Shown here piece after piece: positions 38,522 to 50,935 of a stretch of DNA of 64,000 bases. The stretch spans positions 438,481 to 502,480 of the forward strand of contig CAWEXO010000014.1 of the NCBI GenBank assembly GCA_963813025.1, written 5' to 3'. Below the pieces are notes generated by a model, which was not told the origin of the DNA, ran no database searches, and saw only the letters and a list, made by a program, of their open reading frames with translations. Source of the stretch: an uncultured Verrucomicrobiae bacterium (GTDB lineage Bacteria > Verrucomicrobiota > Verrucomicrobiia > Chthoniobacterales > JAFAMB01). The position numbers and the translations under genes were made by a program. The first letter of the stretch is position 1, and every line of letters starts with the position of its first letter.

Positions 38522-39391
38522 CCGGCACCAAAGGGCAAGTAGCCCAGGCATTAGTCAGCGCGGGCGGAGAATCGGAGGTAATCGCGGTGGGTAGGCCAAG
38601 CCTTGATCTCACTGATCCGGAGAGCGTTCGAAGTGCGTTGATGAGTGCCGAGCCAGATGTGTTGGTAAACGCTGCCGCCTATACAGCAGTTGACCGAGCC
38701 GAAGGCGAGTCGGAGCAGGCGTTCGCCATCAACGCGCGAGGAGCGGGCGCAGTAGCGGAAGCAGCCCGCGAGTTGCAGGTGCCCGTCATTCAACTTTCCA
38801 CCGATTACGTTTATGACGGAACAAAGACAGAACCTTACGTGGAAGCCGACCGGGTCGCGCCCTGTAACGTGTATGGAGCGTCCAAGTTGGCGGGGGAAGA
38901 TGCTGTCCGGGCGGCCACGCCGAACCATGTGATTCTGCGGACCGCCTGGGTATACTCCCCGTTTGGTAAGAATTTTGTCCGTACGATGCTACAGTTGGCT
39001 CAAACGAAAGAGGAGGTACGCGTCATTGCAGATCAACGGGGCTGTCCGACTTCAGCTCGGGAGATTGCGCGAGCGATAGTTTCCGTTGCTCAGCGGTTAG
39101 GTCACGACTCGAATCCGTCGCTCCGCGGGATCTACCACTTGGCAGGGAGTGGCGAGACCACCTGGGCCGACCTCGCAGACACGATTTTTTCTCAAATCGA
39201 ACGAAAGTGGAAACGGCGGCCGGCGGTGCGACGAATTAGCACGGAGGAGTTTCCCACTCCCGCCCGACGACCGCAAAACTCTCCGTCTGAACTGCGACAA
39301 GCTGAAAAGGGATTACGGTATCAATATACCTGACTGGCAGGAATCTTTGCGCGTCTGTTTGGAAGAGATTGATGGCGCGACAAAGCCTTGA
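38506..39391 (+). CDS. rmlD: dTDP-4-dehydrorhamnose reductase, +1 frameshift near 39282
   Basis: [36 protein letters not shown]; the C-terminus RLNCDKL...PDWQESL continues in another frame. Confidence 0.9.
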
Positions 39392-39467
39392 AAGCCTTCC
39401 TATTTCCAAAGGGATGGAAGTTGTTGAACCTGATTATCGCACTCTGGCTGCCGCTTCCTGATTAGCA

Positions 39468-40341
39468 ATGCGAGGTATTATTTTAGCCGGTGGCACCGGC
39501 ACTCGGCTTTATCCGGTGACTCTTGCTGCCTCAAAGCAGCTTTTGCCGGTTTATGACAAACCGATGATTTATTACCCCCTCAGCGTTTTGATGCTCGCCG
39601 GAATCAGAGAAATACTCGTTATCTCGACTCCGACCGACCTGCCGCAGTTTCGGCGTTTGCTCGGCGATGGCGCGCGATTGGGAATAAGCTTCTCCTATGC
39701 AGAACAACCGCAACCGGGCGGCTTGGCCCAGGCGTTTATCATTGGCAGAGATTTTGTTCAGGGAAAATGCTCTGCTCTGATCCTTGGTGATAATATTTTC
39801 TACGGTCATGGATTGCCTGAGCTGCTGGGCCCCGGTAAAATCAACCCAACGGGTGCCACCGTTTTTGCCTACCACGTCAATGATCCGGAGCGTTACGGTA
39901 TTGTCGAATTTAATGCGGCCGGCCGCGCTGTCGCTATCGAGGAAAAGCCGATCGTGCCCCAGTCAAATTGGGCAGTCACCGGGTTATATTTCTATGACGA
40001 GCAGGTCGTAGAAATTGCCGGGCCAGTTAAAACCTTCAGGCCGGGGTGAATTGGAAATAACCGATGTCAATCGTGCATATCTTGAGCGGGGTCAGCTCAG
40101 CGTGAAGCGGATGGGTCGGGGTTTTGCCTGGTTTGACACCGGTACCTACGACAGCTTACTGGAGGCCTCAAGCTTCGTGCAGACACTGGAAAAACGTCAG
40201 GGGCTTCGCATTGCTTGCCCTGAAGAAATAGCCCATCAGCAGGGCTTCATCACTCGTGACCAGCTAATAAAGCTCGGAGAACAATTCGCGAAAAGCGGTT
40301 ACGGGAAATACCTGCTCAGCGTTGCCCAGGAGGACCACTGA
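39468..40341 (+). CDS. rmlA: glucose-1-phosphate thymidylyltransferase, +1 frameshift near 40020
   Basis: [37 protein letters not shown] continues in another frame. Confidence 0.92.
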
Positions 40342-41352
40342 CTTTGCCAATTGACGAACGTCTCAGCGGGCCGGATTGAGTGCCGTCGCCTTGCCGGTCC
40401 GTTCAGTTTCGCAACGTCTTCTCTTAAATCAACTGCAATTGGAGTTAATTGGTCGGATCGATGATCGGACGGGACGGCGTCTGCGGCGCTCAAGATCCAG
40501 TCAGTTTGAGTGCGTATCTCGAGGAGCGAGCGTTTCAAGAGATCCATACGTCGAGCGGCTAAATCCTGATCTGTCATATTCGCTGCGACGTTCATCCCGC
40601 CGCGCTTGAGCCAGGCGTAAATTCGCAACCGCTCGCATCAGTAATGCGATCCACCAGCCAATCTGTCTGTTTTAATCTTGCTAGTTCTAGCATTATCAAT
40701 TCGAAGCGTGCCGGTACAAATCGCCAAGCGTGGAGATCAACATAGTCTTCTCCAATTCGATCGAGTTGAACAACGCAGTAGCTTGATCGAGCGTATGAAA
40801 GAAGGTGAGTTCTTTGATTGGGTGTTGCCCCCAAGCTCCGACGCCGTCATTCGCCACTACATACGCCATATGCTCGAATGCCGTTTGACATCTGTGCCGA
40901 GATCTTAGCTCTCTATGAGCCGCCAGCGCCTGGCCAGTCGTGCTCAATGCCTGAAAGTAGTCAAAGCAGTAACGCTTGTCCGGAATGGCAAGCACAACAG
41001 TGCCTTGTGGTTGCAACAAGGTTTCCGCGGCATTAAAAAAGGCCAGCAGATCTGGGGTGTGCTCAATGACGTGACTCGCGATGAGCGCGTCAAAGGTTCC
41101 GTGGAGGTGAGGCGGTACGGCATCGATCAGGGCGCCGCCCGACCAGACAAAGTCGACTTCCTCGATCCGATCCACCTCGACACCCCGATGACCGCGATAC
41201 TTTGTGACCAGTCCTTCGCGCGTTAGGTGATCAAGCACCTGAGCATTCCAACCATCGGCTTTCGGAGCAACTGGGTTAAAGCTCGGTCCAATTTCAATAA
41301 TGCGGGCTTGGCGCGGAATTCTCGAAAGAAGTATTTCATTTCGGCTGGACAT
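40299..41352 (-). pseudogene. SAM-dependent methyltransferase domain protein, split by two frameshifts
   Basis: IIEIGPSFNP, ASHVIEHTPD, PDKRYCFD; continues YVDLHAWRF (40592-40834 frame) and then in the 40299-40628 frame. Confidence 0.7.
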
Positions 41353-41910
41353 AGGACGGGACGTTCGTTTGCGTGGTACGCTATTTTCGCGCGATTGGGA
41401 AAGCAAATGAAACGTCAGATGGGTTTGAGGGACTCGGCTGGGTGGAACAGTTGGGCCTCGACGATTTCAGGTTATCGGTGGGCTGGTTACCGGGACAAAA
41501 CATGCCTGCGCAGTGCTTTTCGGATCAACTCCGAAGCGCTTACGAAAATTCGGTCTTGCGATGCTCATCCTGGCCGCTTACTCGCCCATTGATCCTAAAG
41601 AGCGGGCTAAGGTTCCCTTCCAAACGAGTTTTCGTGTCGGATCGTACTGAGGCGTGTCGGATGGCAAGATTTGTTTGATACGCTTTGGGCACCCCGTTTG
41701 TGCGCACTCAACCGTTCGGGTCGAAGCCAGCGATTACACTTCTGGTCTCCGACTCTGGATAGAATGCCTCTTGACCCCGGAGGAACATGCCTCCGTGCCT
41801 TTTCCAAAACGCTTGCATTAATGATTACTCGATCAAGAATCAACCACAACAGAAAAAAGCGAAAAGGGCTTAACGTTCCCGAAAGTGACGTTCACGGTGA
41901 ACCACGATAC

Positions 41911-43620
41911 ATGAAAGCGACAGAGAACACGTCCTGCATTCTACGTGAGCCGACGAGGCGACCGATTGGCAATTTCCCCTCAGTGAGCGCGTTTCTTTGC
42001 ATTGGAGTGCTCAGCCTTTGTCCACTGTACATTATCTTAAGGCACGGAGCTAATGCCCCATTTTGCGACGAATTGAGAATCCCACCCCTCGTCGAGGCCC
42101 TCAAAAATGGCCGAGCGAATCTTGATTTGTTCTGGGCCCCCCACAACGAGCATCGCATACTAATTCCCCGGATTCTATTCGCTGTTACAATCCTGGTCTT
42201 TGGGTACAACTCAAAGGGGCTGATGCTTCTATCTTGGATTATCGCTGTTGTTTCTGTAGCTTTTTTGATTCTTTGTTGGCGAAGATTATTCAATCCCTTG
42301 ACTCGCTGGTTATGGCTTACCGGAGTCGCGTTAACGTCCCTGCTGATGTTTTCCCCGATTCAGAGTGAAAACTGGCTTTGGGCATTCCAGCTCACTTTTT
42401 TTTGCGTGAACGCTGCTGTCGTTATAAGTCTTTGGGCAGTGTCATCTGATATCTCATTGGGGAAAAAGATCATTCTAGTCAGCTTGGCCGCTTGCGGTGC
42501 AAGCTTATCCGCTGCCCAGGGACTAATGGTCTGGCCGGCGGTACTAGTGACATTCTTCTTGAGTACAGATCGCAGTAGAAAGGCTTTGTTCGCTGGATGC
42601 TTTTTGCTTTTAGTAATGGTAATTTTATTCTCTCTCTATTTCACAAACTACCCGACGCATAATGTAGGGCAACTCGATCTAAAGATCGCGATAACCCAGC
42701 CAAGATTGGTGTTGTTTTACTTTTTCGGACTGCTGGGTTCGCCACTGGTGTTTTGGCTACCGACCGAGCAGGAGGCTTTTTTTTCTTGCCTCCTCGGAAG
42801 CATGTTGGTTTTCACGTATTTCTACCTTGCGATTCGGGCAGTAATCCAGGGGCAGCGCAAAAGAGCAGCTCCGTTTATTGGCCTAGGTATTTTCGTGTGT
42901 TCATTCGGCGTTGTCACGACGATTGGGCGGTCCGGCTTCGGCTTTAATAGAGCTGTGGTTAGTCGGTACACAACACATGAAATTCTGCTTGTAATCGCAG
43001 TTCTAGCCTTAAGCTATTTGCTAGTTTCCTCGCGGAGACGCGAGTTGAAGCAGAGCATCCTTTGTACGGCCTTCCTAGCGATTGCGAGTATGGTACTACC
43101 AAGCTATAACGAGGTCTTACACAGTAGGCATCCGGAGAAAAAGGCCAGGTTGCAAGCGAAGGAGTTAATTCCTTTTCTGCTTTATTTTGATCCTAGGGCG
43201 GATGGTGTGCAGAACGGTCCTTTTTATGCCCTGCTCCCGATACCTCATTTTAAGATGTTTCAGTCGTTACTTGTCTACGCGCAAATAACCAATACACCAG
43301 TTAAGACCGACCTCCACGATTCTACGAACAGCGACACTGTTGTCGGCGCATGCAGGTTAGCAACGTTACCCGGCTGTCCGGGAATGGCAGCCGAGGGCGT
43401 ACTAACAAGCGCTCGGACTCTACGGGTAAAATATGTATTTTTAAGATTCAAGGGACAGGTAAAATTCATTGCCGCAACCGCGGTGCGGCCCGAAGAACCG
43501 ACTCCGACCGAGGAAACGTATCGTTGGCAAACTTGCTTGCCCGCGGTGAACACATCCAGGAAGGGCGATGCTCTTGAAATGGCTGTCTTTACGAAAGAGC
43601 GAATACGTTCGTACAAGTAA
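41911..43620 (+). CDS. polytopic membrane protein (PHNEHR motif; putative GT-C-like transferase)
   Basis: WAPHNEHR, FSPIQSENWLWAFQ, QGLMVWP, SRYTT. Confidence 0.75.
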   Translation: MKATENTSCILREPTRRPIGNFPSVSAFLCIGVLSLCPLYIILRHGANAPFCDELRIPPLVEALKNGRANLDLFWAPHNEHRILIPRILFAVTILVFGYNSKGLMLLSWIIAVVSVAFLILCWRRLFNPLTRWLWLTGVALTSLLMFSPIQSENWLWAFQLTFFCVNAAVVISLWAVSSDISLGKKIILVSLAACGASLSAAQGLMVWPAVLVTFFLSTDRSRKALFAGCFLLLVMVILFSLYFTNYPTHNVGQLDLKIAITQPRLVLFYFFGLLGSPLVFWLPTEQEAFFSCLLGSMLVFTYFYLAIRAVIQGQRKRAAPFIGLGIFVCSFGVVTTIGRSGFGFNRAVVSRYTTHEILLVIAVLALSYLLVSSRRRELKQSILCTAFLAIASMVLPSYNEVLHSRHPEKKARLQAKELIPFLLYFDPRADGVQNGPFYALLPIPHFKMFQSLLVYAQITNTPVKTDLHDSTNSDTVVGACRLATLPGCPGMAAEGVLTSARTLRVKYVFLRFKGQVKFIAATAVRPEEPTPTEETYRWQTCLPAVNTSRKGDALEMAVFTKERIRSYK

Positions 43621-43791
43621 GTCCTCAAAAATAGCCCGAATGGGTCGAACAGGCGGGTCTTTAGTGAGACAGCGATCGCTGGCAAGAGCTGGCCGCGGCT
43701 TACGACGAGGTGCCATATTACCGGAAGCGTAAGGACTCAGAAGCTTGCCCTGCCTCAGATACGGCCAACGTAGTCAGTCAGCGCATCGGTA

Positions 43792-43965
43792 TGAACCTCC
43801 CCTTGATTTGACGGACACGGGAACGCAAGAGAAGAGAAAAAAGGAACCCGATGTCAGAAAAGAAGCCAGAGAAAGTGTTCAGCGCGGAGCTCAACCGCCG
43901 GGCGGTGGATCTGTTGATTCATAGCGGCAAGGCGCAAGCGCGGGTGGCCCGCGGAAAATGGGCTG
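43792..43965 (+). mobile_element. IS3-family left end with truncated orfA relic
   Basis: TGAACCTCCCC...GGACAC terminus; MSEKKPEKVFSAELNRRAVDLLIHSGKAQARVAR resembles the OrfA HTH N-terminus. Confidence 0.65.
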
Positions 43966-44186
43966 TAGCGAGTTGAGCCTGAGGCTCTGGAAGAAGAAGT
44001 ATTTGCAAGGTGGGCACCGGCCAACGTTTTCCGTTTTTCGGGGCAAGTACAAACATACACATGTAAGAATTTTTGAGACGATTTGAAGCGGAGTAAAGGG
44101 TCGCTCGCAGGTGAATCCTGGACACTAGCAAATCTGAGCGGTGGTGGTATGACGATGTCGAATTGCGCTTCACCAAAGGAAACTCG

Positions 44187-45932
44187 ATGAATCTGGAGCA
44201 ACAAGAGAAGACCCGCGCGTTATCGATCCACAAGACGAGCCACGATCTCTACCGAAGGGCAGGGATCGCTTTATTGCTTTTTTTCGCGCTGTTTCCGTTA
44301 ATCCTAATTCTAAGAATGCGAGTCAACGTGCCTTTCCAGGACGAGTTTTCGTGTCTGGCCGTAATGAAGGCGTTTCGGACGGGGCAGGATTTGTTTAATA
44401 CCCTGTGGGCACCCCACAATGAGCATCGACTGTTCGCATCGAAGCTTGCGCTTGCTTTTCTGATCTCCGGCTCTGGATGGAATTCGTTATTGATCATGAT
44501 CGTGTCCTGGGCATCGGTCTGTGCGACTAGCTTAGTGCTGTACAGGCGCTTCGCTTCGATGTTTGATCCTTCATCGCCTCGACTCTGGTTGCTTACCCTG
44601 GCGATTTCCCTCGCGCTTTTTTTTCGCCAAGTTCAGAGAGGAAAACTGGCTGTGGGCCTGGCAGCTCTCCTTCTTCCTTGCGCAGGTCACGGTCGTACTC
44701 AGCATATTGACCATCACTGAAAAGACGCTTGCTTTGCCCGCGCGCCTTGCACTTTGCCTTGTGCCGGCGCTTACAGCCAGCTTTTCGGCTTTACAAGGAC
44801 TTATGGTCTGGCCGGCGCTTTTGGCCGCGGCACTTCTCGCTGAGTCTACCGTGCGAAGGAAGGTGGTTGCCGGCGCGGTTTTAAGTACTGCTGCAATCTT
44901 CGTATTTTTTGTCTATCGGATCGGGTATACGACGCCTTCCGTCGGCCACCTCAGCATCGGCGAGATTGCCTCGAAACCCGCTGCTTTCGGTTTTTATTTG
45001 TTTGGGCTGCTCGGAGCGCCAATTGCATTTTGGGTGCCGCCCGATTTGCGAGCACTCGTTTCCTTGGGCGCAGGCTGTATGCTCTTTACAGTGTTCCTGT
45101 ATCTATGCGCCTTAATCTTTTGGCGACATCGATCGTTGACAGAGGCGGCGCCCTGGATCGCTCTGGCCGTTTTCTCCTTTGCATTTTGCGTAATCACCAC
45201 GTATGGAAGAGCTGGCTTCGGCATTGAAACGGCCGCCATCGTCAGCCGTTACACCACCCACGAGCTCCTGTTCACGGTGGCAGTCCTTGCGCTGGGATAC
45301 CTGGCAACAAGTGGACCGTCCGCGCTCGTCGACCGGAAGAACGCCTTTGGCAAAAATGCCATACCGTTCTGCTGTGCCTGATCGGCTTTCTGACGTTTCT
45401 TGGATACGTTGATGGATTCAAGCAGCCGGGTAATGATAGAAAGGAAAGGGCTTTGGCAAAAATGTTGATGCCGTTGTTCCCATACTTTGATTCCAGCGTC
45501 GATGGCTCAAAGACCGGCCCTTTTTTTGCCCTTATGCCGGTGCCAGGCTGGAAAATCTTTGATTGGTTACTGCGTCCGTATAGCGATCTGGGCTACGTTC
45601 ATCTGAAAAACGCCAGCTTTACCAAGTCAAGCGTTCCGTTGTCCGGCCGATATGCCATTTCGCCGGAACTGAGCAGCGGGGCGGGAGAAGCAAAGGTCAC
45701 GGGCACTCTCATCAGCGAATCGCCGGTGGCGTTCGCCGTTGTTTTCTTGAAGCCAGCGGGCTGGCCGAAATTCATCGGGGCTGCGTCCCTGCATCTGGCG
45801 AACTCATCTGGTCGGAAAGAACAATTTCGTTGGCAGTGCTCGTTACCGGCCAAATCATTTTTGACTGATGGTCGCCCACTTGAACTCTGGATCTATGACG
45901 AAGCGTCGAAATGGTTTGTTGAAGCGGATTAG
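44187..45932 (+). pseudogene. paralog of the 41911 membrane protein, split by frameshifts (~44620 and ~45350-45420)
   Basis: WAPHNEHR, ENWLWAWQ, QGLMVWP, SRYTTHE and YFD..DG..GPF.AL spread over three ORFs. Confidence 0.75.
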
Positions 45933-46100
45933 CTTTATCGAACGTGTTCTGGTTGAATTTCAAGCTTTTGACGTGATGAGAGAACTCGAGGGACGGGCTT
46001 TATTTGGGAATTGTTAGGACGCCGCCAAAACTTGAAAAAACTTCCTAGAATTCAGCCGGCGTCATACATTACCGTTCGAAGAATTCTCCAAGGACAGGAA

Positions 46101-47474
46101 ATGTCAGGACTGGGCTCTCCGGCTCGCGCTTTTGCTAATCTCGACGAACCGTTGGAGGGCCGCAATTTCGCCGGGGAGTATGTCTGCCTCGATGGCTGGT
46201 GTTTTTTTGAGGATAGTCCCCTGACAGGTTTCCTCGCAACCTGGCAGAGTTTGGAACTCCCGATTTGCTCCCAGCTTGATGGTGCGCGTCCGGATGTTTT
46301 TCAAATGTTTCGGAATCAGCATGCGGCGCACAGTGGCTTTCGAATCCATTTCTTTACTTACAGCATTCCTGAGGTCGAGTTCCCAGTTACGCTTTCCGCT
46401 TGTGCTTTGGACGGTACGGCTCAGCCAATTGCGGTCATTCAATTAATGCGTACGGAACTTCACCAAGCAAGGCGGCTCAGAGGCAGAAAAAGCAAGCTAT
46501 TTCCAATTGGCATCGCCGGCGCTGGACGAAGCGGAACGACCTTGCTGATGCGCTATTTTGATGCGCATCCTCAAATTGTGACCCACCGTGATTACCCTTT
46601 CGAGCGGTCCCTTCTTAACTTGGATGTGCATCGGTTTCATGAGCTCACACTTCCAGTAGCACACAATCGCGTGCGTTACCCGGATAGAGACTTTGCTACC
46701 CATGAATGGCGAAACGATCCGCAGGCATTTCCCGAGAACTTCGGTATCGACTCCATCGAAGGAAAGTGGCTTCTCACATTACAATTAAATACCGCCGCCT
46801 ATTTGCGAAAATGTACGGAGGATCATTACAAAAGAATCGCCGGTGCGCACCACAAACGAGCCGCGGCATTTGCAGAAAAGTTGTCCCGTTTTGACCACCA
46901 GTATCTGGAGTTCCTGAAGATCTATGACAGGGGTCGCTTGGTCATCCTTGTGCGCGATCCGAGAGATCGGTTTATTTCCCAACGCGATTTTGATCGGAAA
47001 CGGGGTTTTGCCGGCGGCTGGTATATCGATTCGGATGGTACTCTTGGGGGATTTCTGAAGAAGCTGAAACAGGAGTTATGGATGGACGCGCTCCTTCTGC
47101 GTCGATTTCCGGACCGAGTGTTCGTTATTCGATATGAAGATTTGGTTCAGGACCCACAGACCACTCTAGCAGAGTTGTTGTGCAAGCTTTCGCTTTCCTG
47201 CAACCGACCGCTGATCGAGCGCATGAAGGCAGAGATCGAGCGGACCGACCGGGAGTATATGGATCACCGAACAAGTGCGGAGCCGCAAAAATCGATCTCT
47301 CGCTGGAAAATGGAACTGGATCCTGAATTTGCTGCCGCGTTTTCAGCCGTCCTAGGCGGTGAATTGAGCGCATTCGGTTACGAGATGGATCCGAACGCGG
47401 GACAGCCAAGCGAAGCTTTGCTCCAAAGCCGTTTAATATATACCGCAGCTGGAACGCGCGGATCAGAGCCATGA
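46101..47474 (+). CDS. sulfotransferase family protein with an N-terminal beta domain
   Basis: GAGRSGTTLL (5'-PSB loop), LVRDPRD (3'-PB), RYEDLV, RWK. Confidence 0.85.
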   Translation: MSGLGSPARAFANLDEPLEGRNFAGEYVCLDGWCFFEDSPLTGFLATWQSLELPICSQLDGARPDVFQMFRNQHAAHSGFRIHFFTYSIPEVEFPVTLSACALDGTAQPIAVIQLMRTELHQARRLRGRKSKLFPIGIAGAGRSGTTLLMRYFDAHPQIVTHRDYPFERSLLNLDVHRFHELTLPVAHNRVRYPDRDFATHEWRNDPQAFPENFGIDSIEGKWLLTLQLNTAAYLRKCTEDHYKRIAGAHHKRAAAFAEKLSRFDHQYLEFLKIYDRGRLVILVRDPRDRFISQRDFDRKRGFAGGWYIDSDGTLGGFLKKLKQELWMDALLLRRFPDRVFVIRYEDLVQDPQTTLAELLCKLSLSCNRPLIERMKAEIERTDREYMDHRTSAEPQKSISRWKMELDPEFAAAFSAVLGGELSAFGYEMDPNAGQPSEALLQSRLIYTAAGTRGSEP

Positions 47475-47561
47475 CGTTTTGCGATCCTGTGCTTCTTAAG
47501 CCTGGTTCCTGGCTCTCAGGTATCTACTTCCTGAGTGAGGAATTTCGGACGTCTCATATCG

Positions 47562-47885
47562 TGTCAGGGGTCAGTCAAAACCAGCCACTAAAGGTCGAAA
47601 TTAAAGGAGTCCAAAACCGCCACTTTTTGGAACAGAAAAAGCTCCTCAGCACTGCCCGGATGCGGGAGCAATGGGGCGTGTCGAACGTCCTCAAAGCGAG
47701 TCTTCAAGTCTTCAGGAAACGATCTACACTTTATACGGCCGTGGCTGGTCCCCGGCGACATATTGCACGCTTGGGAGGGATCGCGAGACGGTTGGCCGGT
47801 ATTTAGCGTTAGCAAAACCAGCCATTCAGCCATTTCGACCACCGGCGTTGAAGGCGTTGGCGAAGTAAAACCAGCAAACCAGCGT
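47562..47885 (+). mobile_element. IS21-family left end with degenerate istA 5' fragment
   Basis: TGTCA terminus with repeated CAAAACC.GCCACT; fragments VSNVLKASLQ / ETIYTLYGRGWS / LGRDRETVGRYL / KPAI..TTG. Confidence 0.65.
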
Positions 47886-48312
47886 CAAAAAGCATTGGCC
47901 AATCGCCTTGAATGCAGCCTGCGTCAAGGCGCTCAAAAGCGGCACCCATCGCCTCAAAGTGCCTGAAGGGTCTGAAGAGATGAAAAGAAGTTCCGCCTGC
48001 ACTAACTCAGTCCCCAGAACTCTGCGCGTTCTTTTTGCGGCAAGAAACACTGGATTGATTGCCTTGGGCATCTCGACGTAGAAAGTAGGCAGCAGTGGGT
48101 CGGCAGTTAAGACCGGTGTGGCATTGGAGCTTTATGCCCGATAGCTAGTTTGGTTCCGAGCGTTTTGGTTGTTGCATTAGCGAAGCTCCAGATCGGGTTG
48201 TTTGCCGATCTGGAGCTATCCTGTTTAGGAGATTTCTCTCTTGTATCTACCAACTCGGGCCGATGCGCTGCAGTGTGAAGAGCAAGAACAACATCTTAAG
48301 CCCAAGAGAGGT

Positions 48313-49710
48313 ATGGCAAAGAAAACCACGACCAAGCCGAAAGAACAAATCAAAAACTCACCGGGAGTGTTCTGGAACGGATCAATCTCAAGGCCGCAGG
48401 AATCGATATCGGGGCGAATTTTCACCTGGTGGCCATTTCCGAAGACCGCGGCTCAGAAAAACGGTGCGCAAGTTGGCCCTTTTACGAGCGATCTGCAGCG
48501 GATGGCTGACTGGCTGAGCGAACACCACATTGAGACCGTAGTGATGGAATCAACGGGGGTTTATTGGATACCGGTGTTCCAGATTCTGGAGCAGAGAGGG
48601 TTGGAGGTAAAATTGGTCAACGCAGCTCATGTCAAGAATCTGCCTGGACGCAAAAGCGACGTCTCGGACTGCCAATGGCTTCAACAACTCCACACCTTTG
48701 GTCTTTTAAACGGCTCGTTCCGACCCAAGGACGAGGTCTGCGTCTTGCGCAGCTTCCTGCGCCTGCGCGACACCTTGGTTAAGGACTGCAGCAGCCATGT
48801 GTTACGCATGCAGAAGGCCTTAACCGAAATGAATATCCAAGTGCACCGCGTGTTGAGCGACATCACCGGTTATAGTGGCATGGCGATGATTCGGGCGATT
48901 TTGGCCGGAGAACGCAATCCGCTCAAGCTTGCCCAGATGAAACACCCCCAAGTGAAAGCATCCACTGATCAGATCGTCAAAGCCTTACAGGGAGATTACC
49001 GAGCCGAGCATCTCTTCGCCTTGCAAACGGCCCTGGAACTCTATGACACCTACCAGCTCAAGATCACCGCCTGCGAAAGCAAGATTGAGCAACAACTTGA
49101 GCAATTCGACACTAAACTAGATTTGGAGCAAGCCCCTCGAGCAAAGCGGGGCGGCCCCAAGCACGGTCGGCCCAAGTTCGCCTAGCCCCTGCAGCGCCGA
49201 GCGCATCTGGCCAGCGTTTGTGGTGTCGATCTGAGTCAGTTGCCTGGCTTGAGCACCTTGGCGGTGGAAGTCATCATTTCGGAAACGGGTTTAGACATGA
49301 CCTGTTGGAAAAGCGAAAAACACTTTTGCTCCTGGCTTAAACTCTGTCCGGACAATCGCATCAGCGGCGGCAAACTGCTCAATTCCAGCCCCAGAAAAAC
49401 CAAGAATCGCGCGGCGGCCATGTTCCGGCTGGCGGCCCAAGGAGCCATGCAAAGTAAGACGGCCATCGGCGCTTTTATCCGCCGCATCAAAGCCCGATCG
49501 GGGGCACCCACCGCCATCAACGCCGGAGCTCATAAACTGGCACGCTTGTTCTATCGCATGCTCAAGTTCGGAGCTGCCTATGTCGAGCAAGGGCAACTCT
49601 ACTACGAGAAAAAATACAAAGACCGCCTACTTCACAATCTCAGCCGATGAGCCAAAGAATTCGGACTCCAACTCACGCCTCTAGACCCAGCCACGGATTT
49701 AGTTTCTTAG
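48313..49710 (+). pseudogene. IS110-family transposase (DEDD recombinase), inactivated
   Basis: AGIDIG (shifted frame), VMESTGVYW, KSDVSDCQW, SGGK; N-terminal frameshifts plus in-frame stops at 49183 and 49648; natural stop at 49708-49710. Confidence 0.88.
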
Positions 49711-49859
49711 GAGACCGGGGCAATTTGCCCATCAAGGCTTTTTTGGAGCAAGCTCGGCCCCACCAAGTAACGAGGACGCCGAATTAAAACCCTTGCCCAC
49801 AAAGTCAAAACCGCGCAACCTAATGCGCGTCTGTCGGCTAGCCGCAGGAAACGATTATC

Positions 49860-50514
49860 ATGAACTTGTGGCCCTTATTCTTAAATCATCAGGGCAGGAT
49901 CGTCCATAAATGGGTTCATTATTTCCCCATTTACGAACGGCATTTCCAAAGATATGTGAATCGACCAATGACGCTTATTGAGATTGGATGTGGCGAAGGC
50001 GGATCATTGCAGCTTTGGAAACAATATTTCGGACCCTACGCAAGAATAGTGGGGTTGGACATCGACCAGAATGCAAAGAAATTTGAGGAAGATCAGATCC
50101 ATGTCCGCATTGGCGATCAATCTGGACGAACAGTTTCTGTCGTCGGTAAGCGACGAGGTTGGACCGGCGCAGATCGTTATCGACGACGGTAGCCACCTCA
50201 TGGACCACATCGCTGTATCGTTCCAATGTCTATATCCCAGGATAGCACCGGATGGCGTTTACCTGGTGGAAGACCTTCACACAGCCTACTGGGAGGAATA
50301 TGGTGGCGGGTTCCGCAAGCCGGGAACTTTCATCGAATTTTGCAAGGATTTGATCGACGAGTTAAACGCAGAGCATAGCCGCGGATCCGTGAATGAAACG
50401 CAGTTTTCGAAAACCACCTTGTCAATGCACTTTTATGATAGCGTGGTCGTATTCGAGAAGGGCAGTTATGGTCGAAAATATGCCCCTCAGATAGGGACAC
50501 GGCGGGAACGCTAA
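49860..50514 (+). CDS. class I SAM-dependent methyltransferase (Methyltransf_24-like), +1 frameshift near 50124
   Basis: HKWVHYFPIYERHF, LIEIGCGEGGSL, GDQS, then IVIDDGSH and YLVEDLHTAYW in the next frame. Confidence 0.8.
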
Positions 50515-50935
50515 TCCATGCGCACCGGGATGACGCCTCGCGATGTTGATTTTTTCTGGTATCCAGTTGAAAGCTTCGTCTCGCTGCCTTCAGCTGATGT
50601 GAAGATGTGAATAATAATGATAACGTTGAGGCAGGAGCCACGTGGTGTTAGTTTTTCCAACATTTCGGAGATAATGACTTTCCACTTTTTGGAGCGCGCC
50701 GTTGAGTCTCGAGGTCAAAAACCAGCTCAAACCTCACTTTTCAACAATAGTGCTTCGCCAAGCCACAGTTGCTAATTGTCTGGCTCCAACGGCTCGGCCC
50801 TACGCTTCAATGTCCCGGCGGGTCGGCGGTTCGAGAAAAGGCTCGAGGCTAACCCTCGAGCTACGGACAACGCTTAAATAACTCACGGCTATGTTGAACA
50901 TTGAGATTTGACCGCTCGCTCGTACCCTTTCCTTA

